From Macrostomum lignano (lineage: Eukaryota), in assembly GCA_002269645.1 (NCBI GenBank), contig NIVC01000441.1, positions 356,406 through 420,405 of the forward strand: a stretch of 64,000 nucleotides of DNA, given 5' to 3'. Below are positions 51,501-63,155 of the stretch, piece by piece (the stretch's first letter is position 1; the number at the start of each line of letters is the position of its first letter). The notes below the pieces were generated by a model. The model saw only the letters and a program-made list of their open reading frames with translations. It searched no databases and had not been told where the DNA came from. Made by a program: the position numbers and the translations under genes.

Positions 51501-54500
51501 AGTAGAGAAAATGTTTTTGGGGGGGGGGGCTGGGCAAGTCAGAAGTCGAACTTGAGCAGCTCCTGCAGGTAGTTCTCGTCGCATTGGTCATTTTCGAAGC
51601 TGAACAGCGAATTGGCGGCCCGGCTGGCGCTCAGCATTGTCTGCTTCTTTGATTGCGTGCCCAGCACGGAGGTGTCCCTGATAGACTTCAACAGGCTTCG
51701 GTGGACGGCCTTCTCGATCTGGACGGACAAATCCGCCTCCTTCGGCTGCGGCGACCGGAGCCCGATGGTGGACCCGGGCGGAGTTGAGCCGCTGTCTTCG
51801 ATAATGGTGCCGGCCGTGATTGTGGTGCAGTCGTCTCCCTCGTTCTCGTCGATGTCGACAATGATGGTCGTCTCGGCGGCTGAGGACGAACCGCGCGCGC
51901 CGACTTCATCGATGCTGTCGGTGTCCGAGCCGATGGAGGTGTCGTCGCTGATATCGTCCGGGCAGTCGTCCAGGACGGTCGGGAGGTCGTGCTCTTCGGC
52001 GTACTCTCGCTCGAGACCGGGCGCTTGGCCAACCTCGGTCAAGTCGAAGGCGCGCGCGCTGATGATGGAGCCGAGCATCTGCTTGGCACCGCGGCGCCCC
52101 GGCCGGATGCACAGGCTGGCGCCGCACAGCAGCTCGGTGACGGCCGTCTCAGGCGCGCTGACCAGGATGTTGCCGATTGTACGTATCGAAGCCGAGGATG
52201 AAGACGACTCGTCAGAGGGCTCGGCAGCGTTTTGCTGAGCTGGGAGACTCGCATCCGACATCTCAACTCCTGCTTTGCGAATGCTGTCTTCAATTCCGCT
52301 CTTGGCTAATTTGCATTATTTCTATTCAAAGCATTCCTTGGAATCCTCTTTGATTCGGACAATCCGTTAAACATTGGGCCAGCCAGCCATAGACACTTGG
52401 CTTTTGAGCACGAAATTATTGCTATACCGTGCTCATGCTATTTATAATGGCTGCTAGTGAACATTTCAAACTTTAACTTGCCAGGGGCGGACCCAGGATT
52501 TTATCGAGGGGGGGGGGGGCAAGCCTCACGTCTGGTCAGGCCAGAGCTGCAATTAGGGTACCATGATACCAATACAGCATGATACCAATACATCTGAGGA
52601 TTTTTTTGGCAGAGCTGAGGGGAGGGGGGCCATGGCCCTCTTGGCCCCCCTCCTCGGTCCGCCCCTGTTGAAACTTGCATGCAATTGAAAAAATTGTTGG
52701 TAGGATTGCTGCGAACGTTGATTGATTAGAAGGTAGATTATTGAGAAGGATGGGAAGGAGGCAGGTGGGGGAGGAGGCAGGTGGGGGAGGAGGCAGGTGG
52801 GGGAGGAGGCAGGTGGGGGAGGAGGCAGGTGGGGGAGGAGGCAGGTGGGGAGGAGGCAGGTGGGGGAGGAGGCAGGTGGGGGAGGAGGCAGTTTCTGAAT
52901 CAAGCTGCACAGCGAACTGCCAGAAGCCTCACCGCAGCCCGTTGACCAGCAGGCCGGCCAGCCTGTAGCGGCCCTCCGGTTTGCGACTGCCGGCGCTGAT
53001 GAAGCACCGCACGTGATCCTGGAACTCTTCGTCCAGCGGCAGGGACTCTTCGCCGCCGATGACCGTGTACTCTGCGACAGGCAGCGGCGGATCGGGGTTG
53101 TTGAAATGAAGCCAATGATTGCATATTGAAGTGTTACACGCAATGACCAATCATAGAAGACAGTCAGAGCTAGCGTGTGTGATTTCTTTGAGATGGTTTC
53201 ATAAATTTATCCACTTAAATTCAGGAAAAATACCACTGCAGACTGTCCTACATGCAAAGTTGAAGACGTAAAACCCAAAACTGCCTACAGTAAAAGCCCG
53301 TTTGATGCTGTGCATTCTGCAGAGGATCCGCTAAGAGTACACAATGTACTTTGGATTGTTTCCACTTCAGCAAATCGTATTGGAAAGACAATAATTCAAC
53401 AAACTAATACATCAACTTCCAATGAAACACATATCGGCTTCATGGCAGACTACTAAAGTCGTCCTTGCTTTACATTTATATTGGACACACTGAAGGTGAG
53501 ATATTGACAAAAAACTGCAACCCTTCCAATCTTGCCAATGCCAATGATCCTGATACAACCTCCTCATCTGGTCCGGGAACTCCTCACCTCGATCCGAGCT
53601 ATACTTCAACTGTGCCCTGACAGTGTTCTGGCCGCCCCACAGCAGACTCATGTTCACTGCCAGCGTTTTCAGCTTAGAGTTGAGAATGATCTCCTGCTCA
53701 TAGTACTCCTTGTTGCCCTGAGTTGTGTTTGGAAAGTAAAGTAAAGTTAAAGTTAGTTTTGATTTTTCTTAGAAATGTTGTTTAGAAATTCGAAACCATG
53801 CAGAAGTCACTACTCGTACTTACCGATTTCATTTGAGACACTGTGTCCTGCAGTTTGGTGCCCTTGCCGATATTCTCCACTACTGGCTCCATGATCTGTG
53901 ACAAAAGTATCGAACAAAAGGCAGATATGTAAACCCCGTTTGAAGTGCTTAGCTAGCTTTATGCTGTCAGATAAAAAAACTAGACTATGATCCTGTAGAA
54001 CAGGGAACCTTGGTAACCAGGAGCCCGCAACTTTAAATACCTAGCCACATTTTTCTCAAATACATCTACACTAATAATAATAATAATAGATCTCATAAGC
54101 AGTAAGAAAAATTAGCAGTTCTTCCAGATCCCATCTGCTAACAAACCATTCTAAGAAACATTTAAATAGAACCCTGCAAATTCAACTTTGATTCTTAGAA
54201 ATATTCTTCTTTTTCTATTAGAGGAAGTCGAAGAATGATTTATAATAAGTTTATATTAACAACTTGTACATAATTGCTTTACATAACAGTTTCCCTACTT
54301 TCAGTTCAGTAGCAATAAAGAATTTGTAAGCTATTTTAAGAAAAGAAAAGCCAGCCAGTTTTAGAGTGACTTGCGATCGTAAACAGCTTGCTATTGGTGC
54401 AGCCTCAATGTACATTAGCCAGCGCTACTAAGAATGTACATGGCAAGCATTTTAGGCTGGAATACACCGCGGAAGGCAATAAAAATAATTGGGCGGCAGG

Positions 54501-57500
54501 GCGGGCACGGATCCTATATATATCGTAGAATCTGTGGGCGTGGGGTAGAGATTTTATGCGGAAAGACCATGGAGGAAAGAATAGAATGGAGTGCTAATCT
54601 GAGCCAGTTATTTTTATCTCGCTCGATCTTAACTTTTAACATCCCTTTCCCCCCGTTCTTTCCTATTGGCTCGTGACTGCCATAGACAAAGTATTTTTCG
54701 TCTCGTTTTCGTTTTCGTTCCCCTCTGAAAGGAGTATGAGCTCGCATCAAAATATGCTTTCAGCCAATAGGAAGGAACGGGGGGAAAGGGATGTTAAAAG
54801 CGAAAATCGAGCTAGATAAAAATAACTGGCTCAGATTAGCACTCCATTCTATTCTTTCCTCCATGGGAAAGACGCGGTCTGAGGGGTAAGAGGATCAATA
54901 AGCGTCCTGAAAATGAATTAGAATTCTTCTACCTCAACTTTCTACTAACAGTAGTATAAACGCAACCGTGCTGAATGGCCCATCGGCCATCACCTACAGT
55001 AACTCGTATTGTAGTATTTGAGATATTAATTAGCAAAAGTAGAAGCAAAAGTATACAAACGCTCACAGTGGGCCGATGCGAGCTCTTGCGCACCAGGGCG
55101 CTCAAACAGGCCACCATCTGAGTGAGAATGCGCGGTTCCACCACGATGGCAGCCAGCTCGCTGCACAGCCCGATCGCCGACAAGGTCAGCCGGTCGAACA
55201 TATCCCGCTCCGACTGGGTGTCCTTGTCCTCCTCGGTCTGGTAGAACTTGTTGGCGAATGCCTGCAGAAACGGCAGCACCGCGTCGAACACGTAGTGAAG
55301 TGACGCGTGACCGCGGAAATCGTCTTCGCGCATCCTCACCACGGCGCTGCGAGAGGCGGTCAGGGGCTAGTAACTCATCGGTTAAGACTAAAAAATCCTA
55401 ACACCTTTCGCCCTCAATCTTGCTATGCTTTCCTTGACTATTACGTTATCTTAAATTAGAACTCCTTAATACATCAGCCTAACGATTTCTGAACATGCAG
55501 ACTTTGACAAGTTATTTAGAATGATCCTGAAGACAACCAAAAACTTCATACTAATGAGCAACATGTTAATTCCCTTTGTAGCATCAATAAAAGGCAGTCA
55601 GAATTATCTAGACAAGATCAGAGTCTTTGATTTTTCGCGGAGACGACATTAAGCAAAATCGTACTTTTCCAAGTTAAGTTTCAGCGGCTGGGTCTCGTCC
55701 TCGGCAACCAGTGTAGAGCACAGTGGGCAAGCGTCGTGCAGTCGCAGGCTGAAATTCAATTAAACAATATAGAATTAGCAATCAAAATTGAACGCACGGA
55801 AGTTTCCCAGAAGTTACGAGCGTAAAACCTACATGACTGATACAATGTAGAACGATGTCTATCTCTATTTTGCTTCTATCGCGAACATCAAATAACACTT
55901 ACACAATTGCTTGTTTTGCAATTCGATATTTACATGGAAATCGATATTCTATATTTAGTTACTATAAGTAAACGCCTCATACATGTATGTACAATGATTC
56001 ATCTCACATTTTAGGGAAAGGCCGCATCGACATGAAGTACACGGTGTCCCGAGCTGCGTCATTTCTTATCCAACGGGTGAGGCCGTCGAATTCGAGCGTC
56101 AAGTGTCTCACGTACTCCCAGACGAGTCTGTTGATTTGAAGTGATGTTAAATCATAAAAAGAGTTAATGACTGACGCGAATACTTGCGCCGGCACAAGCC
56201 GCTACAGCGTTTAAGCTCAAAACCTGCGAGCTTTGGCCTCCAACAGTGAGAGAGTTGATCCACAACTCCGAATAATGAATTTTGTTTAAACAGAATCGCG
56301 ATAACATTGTTTTAAAACGATTAAGCAGTTGACAGGTGAGAAAGAGCATCCATCCGGCAGTGAGAAATATATTGTGCCGAGTAAGTGAATTTTACGAAGC
56401 ATTACCAAAATGTACGACTCAGGCAGACAACACTTTTGTTACAAAATGTAGCACCGATTCAAAAGAATCGGAGAAAAACATTTTGATGCTTTTATCTATC
56501 CTGCGATTTTTCGAGCGAAATGGTTTGCTAAAAACCACAACATGATTTTTTCAGCACATGAACTGAATATAAATAAACTTTAAAATGTTAACAATTAGTT
56601 TGATTTGATGCGGCAAAACTATTGATTAACTTACTTTTGATATCTGAAAGTTTGGGCGTTTAAGCGGTGTTTTAAAGTGAGAAATTGGATATATTTAGTC
56701 AGCATAACCACCACCATAACCAGCACCAAGTACGGGCTAATTAACTAAAAACTGGTAATAAATATATGATTAAAATCTGGAACATTTTCAAATTGTCAAT
56801 TGCTAAAGCTAATAAACAATACATGGGTTTTAATTGTCATGCGAGCGTCTCTAGCATTTTATGTCAATCATCTTTTGCATGGACTGCTAGTCTGGTCTAA
56901 AAGATAAAAAATTCAGCAATTTGATTGGAAGCTACATCACTTCAGCCATTTATTCTATTCGGGACGAGGAAGAGGTCATGGGAGGTACAGAAATCGTGAC
57001 GATCTTCGCGAAACTTCGGATGCAGTAAGAAATAATAAATAAATACTTTTTTCTTCTGTAGCTCTTCTTTCAATATGCTTTAAGCTTGCAATATTCCGCA
57101 GCTATACTTTGTTATAAAAATTTACTACTGTATTTCTTCAACTTTCCGGAGAGTAGTACCTTTCGAACTACTCGTATAAATATAAGGTACCTGCTGTGCC
57201 AATCCTCACTGAATCTTAATTCAGGAACTTAATAATTGATAAATACCCAAATAATTAATCAATTACAGTTAGTCGAAATACCAACCGACCAAATCTCCAT
57301 CTGCCTTTATTTCCTTACAAAATAACGGTAGATACCTCGTATATGTACAGTATATATGTACATAATTTATCAATACTCTTTGCTAATTGGGCAAAGTGGG
57401 TTAGAAAAGATCTGTACGATGGAATGTACATCACATCGGAAAGAAATCTCTTCCTAACCCACTTCACCACCAGTTCTGGGGAAGGAAAAAAGAATGTACA

Positions 57501-60500
57501 TACATATACGCTCTGTACCTTACCCAACCCTTTGAACGGCTTTCTCCCATTATCGCGCGTCATTTAATTCTAGGACACTAAATACAGTACAATGTACGTA
57601 AACACGTACGTGTTGATTAAGTATAGATAAAGTTCAGTTGGATTAAATTACGCATGTGCACTAGCTAATAAAACGATTTTAAAAAGTAATAAATCCTTAT
57701 TGAGTGGAACATTGGAAATTAAAACTACACTCGTATGATCATTATCATTAATCAGTACTGGCTGCATCGGGCCAATGTACTGTTAATTTCAGGCCCGCAT
57801 TTAAGCCACTAAGAATGAGCTTACAGGGTACAGCCTTTATACGATCTATCACTGAAGGGATTAGCAGAGCAGTTGTCAAACTGTCTTGCTAGTTGATTGC
57901 TAACGAGCCAATAGACAACCTGTAAAATGAAGGCTAGCAGTCCAAGCCAAAATTCAAAAAGTCGAATAACAACAATGCTTAAAAGCATAAGCTCATAATG
58001 TATAAGTAATATAAGCAAGGGCTATGTCTGCTGCAAATAAATAACGCAGTTATTCGCTAAATAGCCTTTAGCAATAAGCACAGTAAATTACCGCCGCTTC
58101 AATGCTCTATCAAGCAGCAGAGAAGGATGCCTGCCGACCGGCTGGGCTGAGAAGTCAGCCGCCAAGAAGTAAAACTCCCGTTTTCCAACCGCCTCTCCTG
58201 GGATACCCTGCTTCATGCGCTGCTCGCGCATCCCCTGTCGCTGCTCCTGCTTTGCTCGACGTCGCAATGCTCTAAGTGAGAGGTCCCCGTTCGGTTTTGT
58301 ATTGGATACTTGTAACTACTCATTGCTAGAAGCAATATTTTCAACAATGGAATTAATATTATTACATTAGGCGCAAAACAAAAGAAAGTTAGTGCATGAA
58401 AATGGTGGTGCGTCTATCTATAACACTTTCAAATAATGTGCTGTGCGCTGTAAAGAATGGAAAGAATTTTAATTAGAAAGTTCTAATGCATACGCTCATT
58501 ATTTACATTTTACATGTACATTCTCGAAAAGAATAAGCTGTGAGGCCAGTCTGAACTCGATGGAAGACATAAAAATATCAGAAAAAGAAAAACTAGAAGA
58601 AAGGTTGATGCCTAAGCTGCTTTCGATTGGGCAAGTATTTCAGCTTTATTGGTTGTACGTCAAGTAAAGTTTATTCTAGCGCGTGTGTAGATCATTTAGA
58701 CTTTAACTTTGGGTAGGCTGTGTGTATTTCTTCCCCTCTTTCCCTTTGCCTTTTTCTATTGGCTCACTTATCGATCGATCTCTTACCCCCTTAGCCCATC
58801 ATCTCTTACCCCATCCGACCACGTCTTTAGTGAACTCTACCCCCCTGTCCCACTTTATAGCCTTCCGCAGCGATGTACATTTTCAGTTGCGTCATTAACT
58901 AATGTACATTCGACGACAACACTTGATAATCGAGCTGCTTAACTTTGATATAACGTCTATCGAGCCACTCCCAGAGAGAAAAAATGATCAGAGTGAGCAT
59001 ATATACGTTTTTAAAAGTGCATCGGGTTTCCCCACAGACTAATTTTAGAATAAATCGACGATAGTATCCATCGTCAGGATTTCCCTTGAGCAAAACTCGA
59101 CACAATTTTTACCATAGATTCAATGAGGCATATGACTACTCTCTTCATTATAACTCTCTGAGCCGCTTCAGCAGCCGATCTTTTTCGAAATCTAATTATG
59201 TCTAAAAGAACTTAGCCTCTGCATTTTGATGAGATCTACTTTGCAGACTTAAGGGAAGTTGACTGGCATGATGAGGCACTGATTTGAGGAACACCGAAGA
59301 TACTGAAGCTTCTTTACAACTTTTGAGTCAAATAGATATTAGTTAAATGAACAGGGGTAAGCGGACAACTCACCTGTCCTGGATAATGTCGGGTGACCGG
59401 TTCTCAGCTGTGCTGCCGCTGGTCTTCATGTAAGCGTAGAACATGTAGCGCAGGAACGGCTTCTTCAGGTGGTTCTCCACGTTGGGATCGTTGAGAATGC
59501 AGAGGATCTCCTCGACGCTGATTATTGTCTGGCAGAGCGACTCAATGTAGCGATTCTCCCCCTCGGCACAGGTGGCTAGGAGGTCCACTAGGCTGATCAG
59601 GTACTGGCAATGACTGGCGCCTCTGTTACCGTTGAGCACCTCCATGCTGAAAGATCCGGGCCATTTTCAATGCTTGATGGTAATTAGCTCGCACTTTGGG
59701 GAGACTGGCACTTCTTCGGCCTGAGATTTCTGTTTTGATAACCAGTTTACAGCTGTTCCTCCCCCTTTTCTTTCCTTTTGTTCGCCTTCATTTCGTCCGT
59801 TGCTCTCACTAGAGTTTGAATTCTCCTCTCTTGAAACGATTTCCCCGTCTCAAACTCGATTTCCTTCTCTGTGATATGCACTTCGATTTCCCCTTTATCA
59901 GAGCCCCCGGCAGTTCAGTCAGCCTTACCGGTCTTTGGTTGTACACTGCTCCAGAACGTAGCCAACCTTGCTATAGTTCTGCATAATGTACTTCATCACC
60001 AGGGTCTGGTTTCGCTTCAGCGCCAGTCCCGGCCCTTCCACTTTGACGATGGCAGAAAGCAGTTCGAGAAACTCCGGCGCCCGCTCCTGATTCTCGGCCA
60101 CCAAGCCGACTATTCGGGAGATCTGCCTCGGCAATATTTTCAGGCATAGCTCCTGGTTGTTTACGAACACTTCCTTCAGTGCCAAAGCCAGGTCCGGTTC
60201 AACTAGGCGAACCCGGAGCATGCTGTCCAGGTTGTTGAACACCTGGTTTTGTACGTCTTCGTAGCGAATAGTTAGTGCTTTCATCAGTCGTACAGCTTTG
60301 CGCAGTACGCCCACCGTCTCGTGGTACTTCTCCGTTAGTTGGACATCCGTTTCCGTTGAAAGGATGTCGAATACCACGCCTAGGACGTCTGTGCAGTGCA
60401 GGATATGGGAATTATCGACTGCAGTCGCATAAAATGGATAAAGGATTGATTGGCTGGCGGAGTGAGGCAGGTAAGGAGTGAGGTGGGTGGAGCAGTGAGG

Positions 60501-63155
60501 TGGTGAGTGAGTGAGGCGGGTGGAGAGTGAGTCGGATGAAGAATGAGGTGGTGAGGAGTGAGTGGGTGGAGGAGTGAGGTGGGTGGAGGAGTGAGGTGGA
60601 TGGAGTGAGGTGAGTGGAAGAGTGGGCGTGTAAAAAGTAAAGGTGAGCGATGGGGAAACATTTATTTTGAAGCATACTGTGTACAATAATAAAGATCCCA
60701 TTTTAATGAGTATTTGGAAATCACATTATTCAATAAAAGTAATAGAGACAAGTTAAACCTAAAGTACATAGCGTGGCTTTCTAGTTTACCAGTCCAGTTC
60801 GGCTTGGCACAGTAAAAGTACAGACGTGTTGCCAAATATAGAAGTGCATCACCACTGTTTGCGCTTCTTTGATTGTTCTTTCTTGCTTTTTCTGTCTGAG
60901 TCTCTGGAGGGCTCCGAGACAGAACAAATACTGTATGCATTCTTGCTGTAGCTTGACAAAAGATGCCAAATAAGAAGTATACAGAAAGGGGCAATCTTGA
61001 TTAACTAGCGAGTTTGCTCAGGTAAGCTAGAGTAGAGAAGATTTTTTAACTTCTAGACAGGTTGGGCAACTCACTGTGACTCAGCATCAACCGCTGGTTC
61101 ATGGGGTGAGGTTCCTCCTCAGCCTTGGGCAGGTGGCACAGCTCCCTGAGCTCGCTAAGAATAGTCTCAATCTTCACCGCCTGATCAGACGTCCACTTGC
61201 TCCTGATCATCATCTTGAGCAGCGGCACCTGCTTGCCGACCTCCCGGTGCACCCGGCAGGAGTCCGGCGTGATCAGTACCAGAGAATTCACAGCCAGATT
61301 GAACATCGAGCTCTTGGCCGAGTGCAGCTTGTTGAGCAGCTGGAGAGAGAGCTGCACCATGGGGTCGTATTCGTAGTGGGCAAGGTCCTGCAGAGGGTTG
61401 GTTAGGCAATCAGTACAGTCAGACGCGTACAGTCAGAGCCAAACTTGACAACTGACAAGTCAGCAGCAGCTTACGATTAGGATTGACGTCAGGGCTATGT
61501 TGTCCACGTGGCGGGACGACTCTTCAAACATTATTCTCAGCTCTTTCTTCATCCTCTTTTGCACTTGCAGCGCGCTTCTGCGGGAGCAGTTTTGACACGA
61601 ATTTACTTCAAGAAGCAGCTCCATCGATTCTGCTTTAAACACTCCTTATGACCTAAATCACAGATCACTCAGATCCCCGCTCACTCGGATCCCTAAAATT
61701 CGATGCTCCTCACAATTCAGTCAGGGTTGAGGGGGAGGAACGTTTCCAAGGTGTGGGTGAGATGCGACTCACTTTCTCGTGTCGAATGGGTCGAAGGAGT
61801 CGTACAGGGCCGGCACCAGCGGGTGAATATGCTTCCTTCTGGTGGCGACTTCGCTGATCTCGCTGTCTTTGAACTTCTTGATAAACGACTGTGGGATGAG
61901 GAATGGATAAGCATTCCAGTGTGCTAAGTGACTATATTTTCTATTTTGCTTACAAGCATCGCGTTCAGAAGCATGAGTTTCAGCGGTAAACACGTCTGAC
62001 TCTCACGCCACGACCCCTGGTTCCATTCCAGTTGCGCAATTGTTCCTATCGCTAGGTATCGTTGGGCATTATGATGACATAACAAAGTCAACAGTAGATT
62101 TTTTTGTTTCAAAGATACATGAAGGGAGATTTTATTTTTTAATACTGAATAAGAAATTATCTGAGCACACGAGGTGCAGATGTGTTCGGCCAAATATTGT
62201 AGCGTGCCTGTCTTCTGAACGGATTTACATCGAACGAGTCAAAACTCACTCGATTACTAATGATACGATTTGGGATAGGATATGCATCATATATTAGTAA
62301 TAGTGTTGGCAGTAGGAATTAAACTGATGCTGAGGCGAGAGTCGGAAGTGTCTACCGCTGAGCTCGCTCCACCCCAAAGAATATGGGGGCTACTCACCGC
62401 CAGCCGGGCGTTCTCCTGAAAAGTCATGACCAAGTCCAGCACCTGCAGGGCGGCGTGCTTGGCCCGCACGATGGCCTGCGTCTCCGGACTGCGCCGGAAC
62501 CGCTCTGTTTGCTTGAAGCGCAGGACCGCCTTCTTGCGCTCCTTAGAGAATTCTGCCGATTAGTGGTGGCGAAGCTTTTGAGCTAACGGCGCTGTCAACT
62601 TGAGAATCGTGATTTCAGAACTGGTTTTGCTGGCTAACTAACATCTTCATTTTGGGGTCTTACCGAGCTACTTGCCTTTATTCGGAAATCCTAGCATCAG
62701 TTTTCCCTATCCGTGTGAACCCGTACACACGATTCATCCGATTCTGATATCCCATCGAGATCGCACCCAGATCCCGTCCTAGAGGTCACATCCAAGATCT
62801 CGATCATTAGATCTCCGATTCCAAGATCCTGTCTCAGAGATCAAGAGACAGATCCCTGTAGGAGATGGGGATTAAATTATTTGAGTCGAGTCTCACCCCT
62901 GGCCGGCATCCTGTCAGGCGGGAACGGGATATCGTTCTGTCCGTCCAGAAGATTTCTAAGCGCAGGCAGCAGCCTGGCCAGATCGTGCACTTCACCGTAG
63001 TAACCAAACTTGACCAGGTAGTGCAGCAGTTTCAGCACCTGCTCGATCAGAATATTATTAGCCACCTGCGAGGCCACCATCATGCGATTTTGGTCGAGGA
63101 ATTCGGCAATCCAATCCCGGATGACTGGGAATATCGTCACCAGGTCTTTGGCAGC
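33557..63155 (-). CDS. ITPR: Divergent IP3 receptor-family Ca2+ release channel; 5'-partial, ~30 exons, ~1970-2030 codons in window
   Basis: Minus-strand exons, GT-AG and phase-consistent: 63155-62897, 62552-62398, 61888-61773, 61577-61475, 61387-61075, 60418-59929, 59646-59374, [58271-58092], 56127-56008, 55748-55665, 55346-55067, 53895-53824, 53717-53588, 53071-52933, 49886-49710, 47967-47613, 47032-46976, 45330-45112, 44685-44407, 43466-43170, 42564-42456, 39956-39838, 39154-38835, 38517-38129, 36596-36418, 36268-36126, 35766-35559, 34934-34797, 34446-34168, 33664-33557 (stop). Motifs: [64 protein letters not shown], six TM segments, S6 [16 protein letters not shown], zinc finger CFIC...[11 protein letters not shown]. 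Confidence 0.92.
33700..34125. repeat. 30/28-nt intronic minisatellite (CAGATCCTCAGTTGCTGGGCCACAGCCTCC)
   Basis: Fills the last ITPR intron. Confidence 0.93.
35050..35490. repeat. G-rich 29-30-nt intronic minisatellite (GGCGGAGTGAGGGGTGTGGATGGGGTGGCT)
   Basis: Direct inspection. Confidence 0.92.
35805..36105. repeat. G-rich 17-nt intronic minisatellite (GAGGAGTGAGGGGTGTG)
   Basis: Direct inspection. Shares a GGAGTGAGG core with 35050-35490 and 60455-60625. Confidence 0.92.
36715..38050. repeat. 20-nt intronic minisatellite (GTTAGAGAGTGACATTCCAT), ~65 copies
   Basis: Direct inspection. Confidence 0.95.
38570..38820. repeat. 21-nt intronic minisatellite (GATCACATGATGCAACAACAC)
   Basis: Fills most of intron 38518-38834. 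Confidence 0.93.
39225..39720 (+). repeat. 7-nt array (CCCGATA/CCCAATA)n
   Basis: Reverse complement of the array at 40305-41090. Confidence 0.95.
40305..41090 (-). repeat. 7-nt array (TATCGGG/TATTGGG)n, inverted relative to 39225-39720
   Basis: Direct inspection. Confidence 0.95.
41150..42125 (-). mobile_element. Possible retroelement 5' fragment
   Basis: Unique ~1-kb block of higher GC inside an ITPR intron, with short ORFs and no recognisable domain. Assignment rests on general appearance only. Confidence 0.25.
42620..43140. repeat. Variable 27-32-nt intronic minisatellite (CTCTACTAAGCCGCTAATCCAATCCACA)
   Basis: Fills intron 42565-43169. Confidence 0.9.
44705..45068. repeat. 24-nt intronic minisatellite (ACAGTGTACATGACAGTGTGTGTC)
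   Basis: Fills intron 44686-45111. Confidence 0.92.
45590..46150 (+). mobile_element. 3' fragment of a non-LTR retrotransposon (R1/LOA/I-type), frameshifted, antisense in an ITPR intron
   Basis: [21 protein letters not shown] in one frame continues as CPF....[11 protein letters not shown]...RDRLCYLG in another. This is the LTGH..L..H plus C-terminal zinc-knuckle pattern of LINE ORF2 ends. Confidence 0.7.
47105..47611. repeat. Composite 12+8-nt intronic array (ATGAACTCACTC/ATGAACTT)
   Basis: Runs directly into the donor at 47612. Confidence 0.93.
48015..49620. repeat. 14/18-nt intronic minisatellite (CAACCAACACACYG) with 186- and 450-bp higher-order blocks
   Basis: Identical ORFs recur at 48288/48474 (186 apart) and 48660/49110 (450 apart). 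Confidence 0.95.
49950..50440. repeat. 45-nt intronic minisatellite with an internal hairpin (TGACAG-ATTT-CTGTCA)
   Basis: Unit CTGTCTATAAGCGAGTTGGTGACAGATTTCTGTCAGGTGTTTTCC, ~11 copies. Confidence 0.93.
50935..51175 (+). repeat. GA-rich low-complexity tract
   Basis: Composition resembles 3065-4425. Confidence 0.8.
51539..52261 (-). CDS. Hypothetical acidic, low-complexity 240-aa protein nested in an ITPR intron (same strand)
   Basis: 723-nt ORF in non-repetitive GC-rich sequence with exon-like codon use, open upstream to 52315 and ending [13 protein letters not shown]. Not needed for the ITPR frame, since 52933 splices in phase to 49886. Confidence 0.5.
   Translation of the reverse strand: MSDASLPAQQNAAEPSDESSSSSASIRTIGNILVSAPETAVTELLCGASLCIRPGRRGAKQMLGSIISARAFDLTEVGQAPGLEREYAEEHDLPTVLDDCPDDISDDTSIGSDTDSIDEVGARGSSSAAETTIIVDIDENEGDDCTTITAGTIIEDSGSTPPGSTIGLRSPQPKEADLSVQIEKAVHRSLLKSIRDTSVLGTQSKKQTMLSASRAANSLFSFENDQCDENYLQELLKFDF
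52482..52667. mobile_element. 186-bp MITE with CAGGGGCGGACC/GGTCCGCCCCTG termini
   Basis: Perfect 12-bp TIR, internal poly-G and GGCCATGGCCC motif. No clean TSD. Confidence 0.65.
52757..52890. repeat. G-rich 17-18-nt array (GGAGGAGGCAGGTGGGG)
   Basis: Just inside the donor at 52932. Confidence 0.9.
54568..54865. mobile_element. Young 298-bp MITE with ~105-bp TIRs and a perfect 8-bp TSD (GGAAAGAC); P- or hAT-type
   Basis: TSD at 54560-54567 and 54866-54873. TIR starts CATGGAGGAAAGAATAGAATGG and is perfect for the first ~52 bp. Confidence 0.9.
60455..60625. repeat. G-rich degenerate intronic repeat (GGAGTGAGGTGGGT)
   Basis: Adjacent to the acceptor at 60419. Confidence 0.8.

Noticed and set aside
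51612-52238. 208-aa + strand ORF
   Set aside because: Probably the antisense shadow of the GC-rich minus-strand ORF.
61889-62260. Extra ITPR exons at 61923 or ~62170-62260
   Set aside because: The phase-0 donor at 62397 joins cleanly to the CCCACAG acceptor at 61889; the alternatives give phase conflicts.
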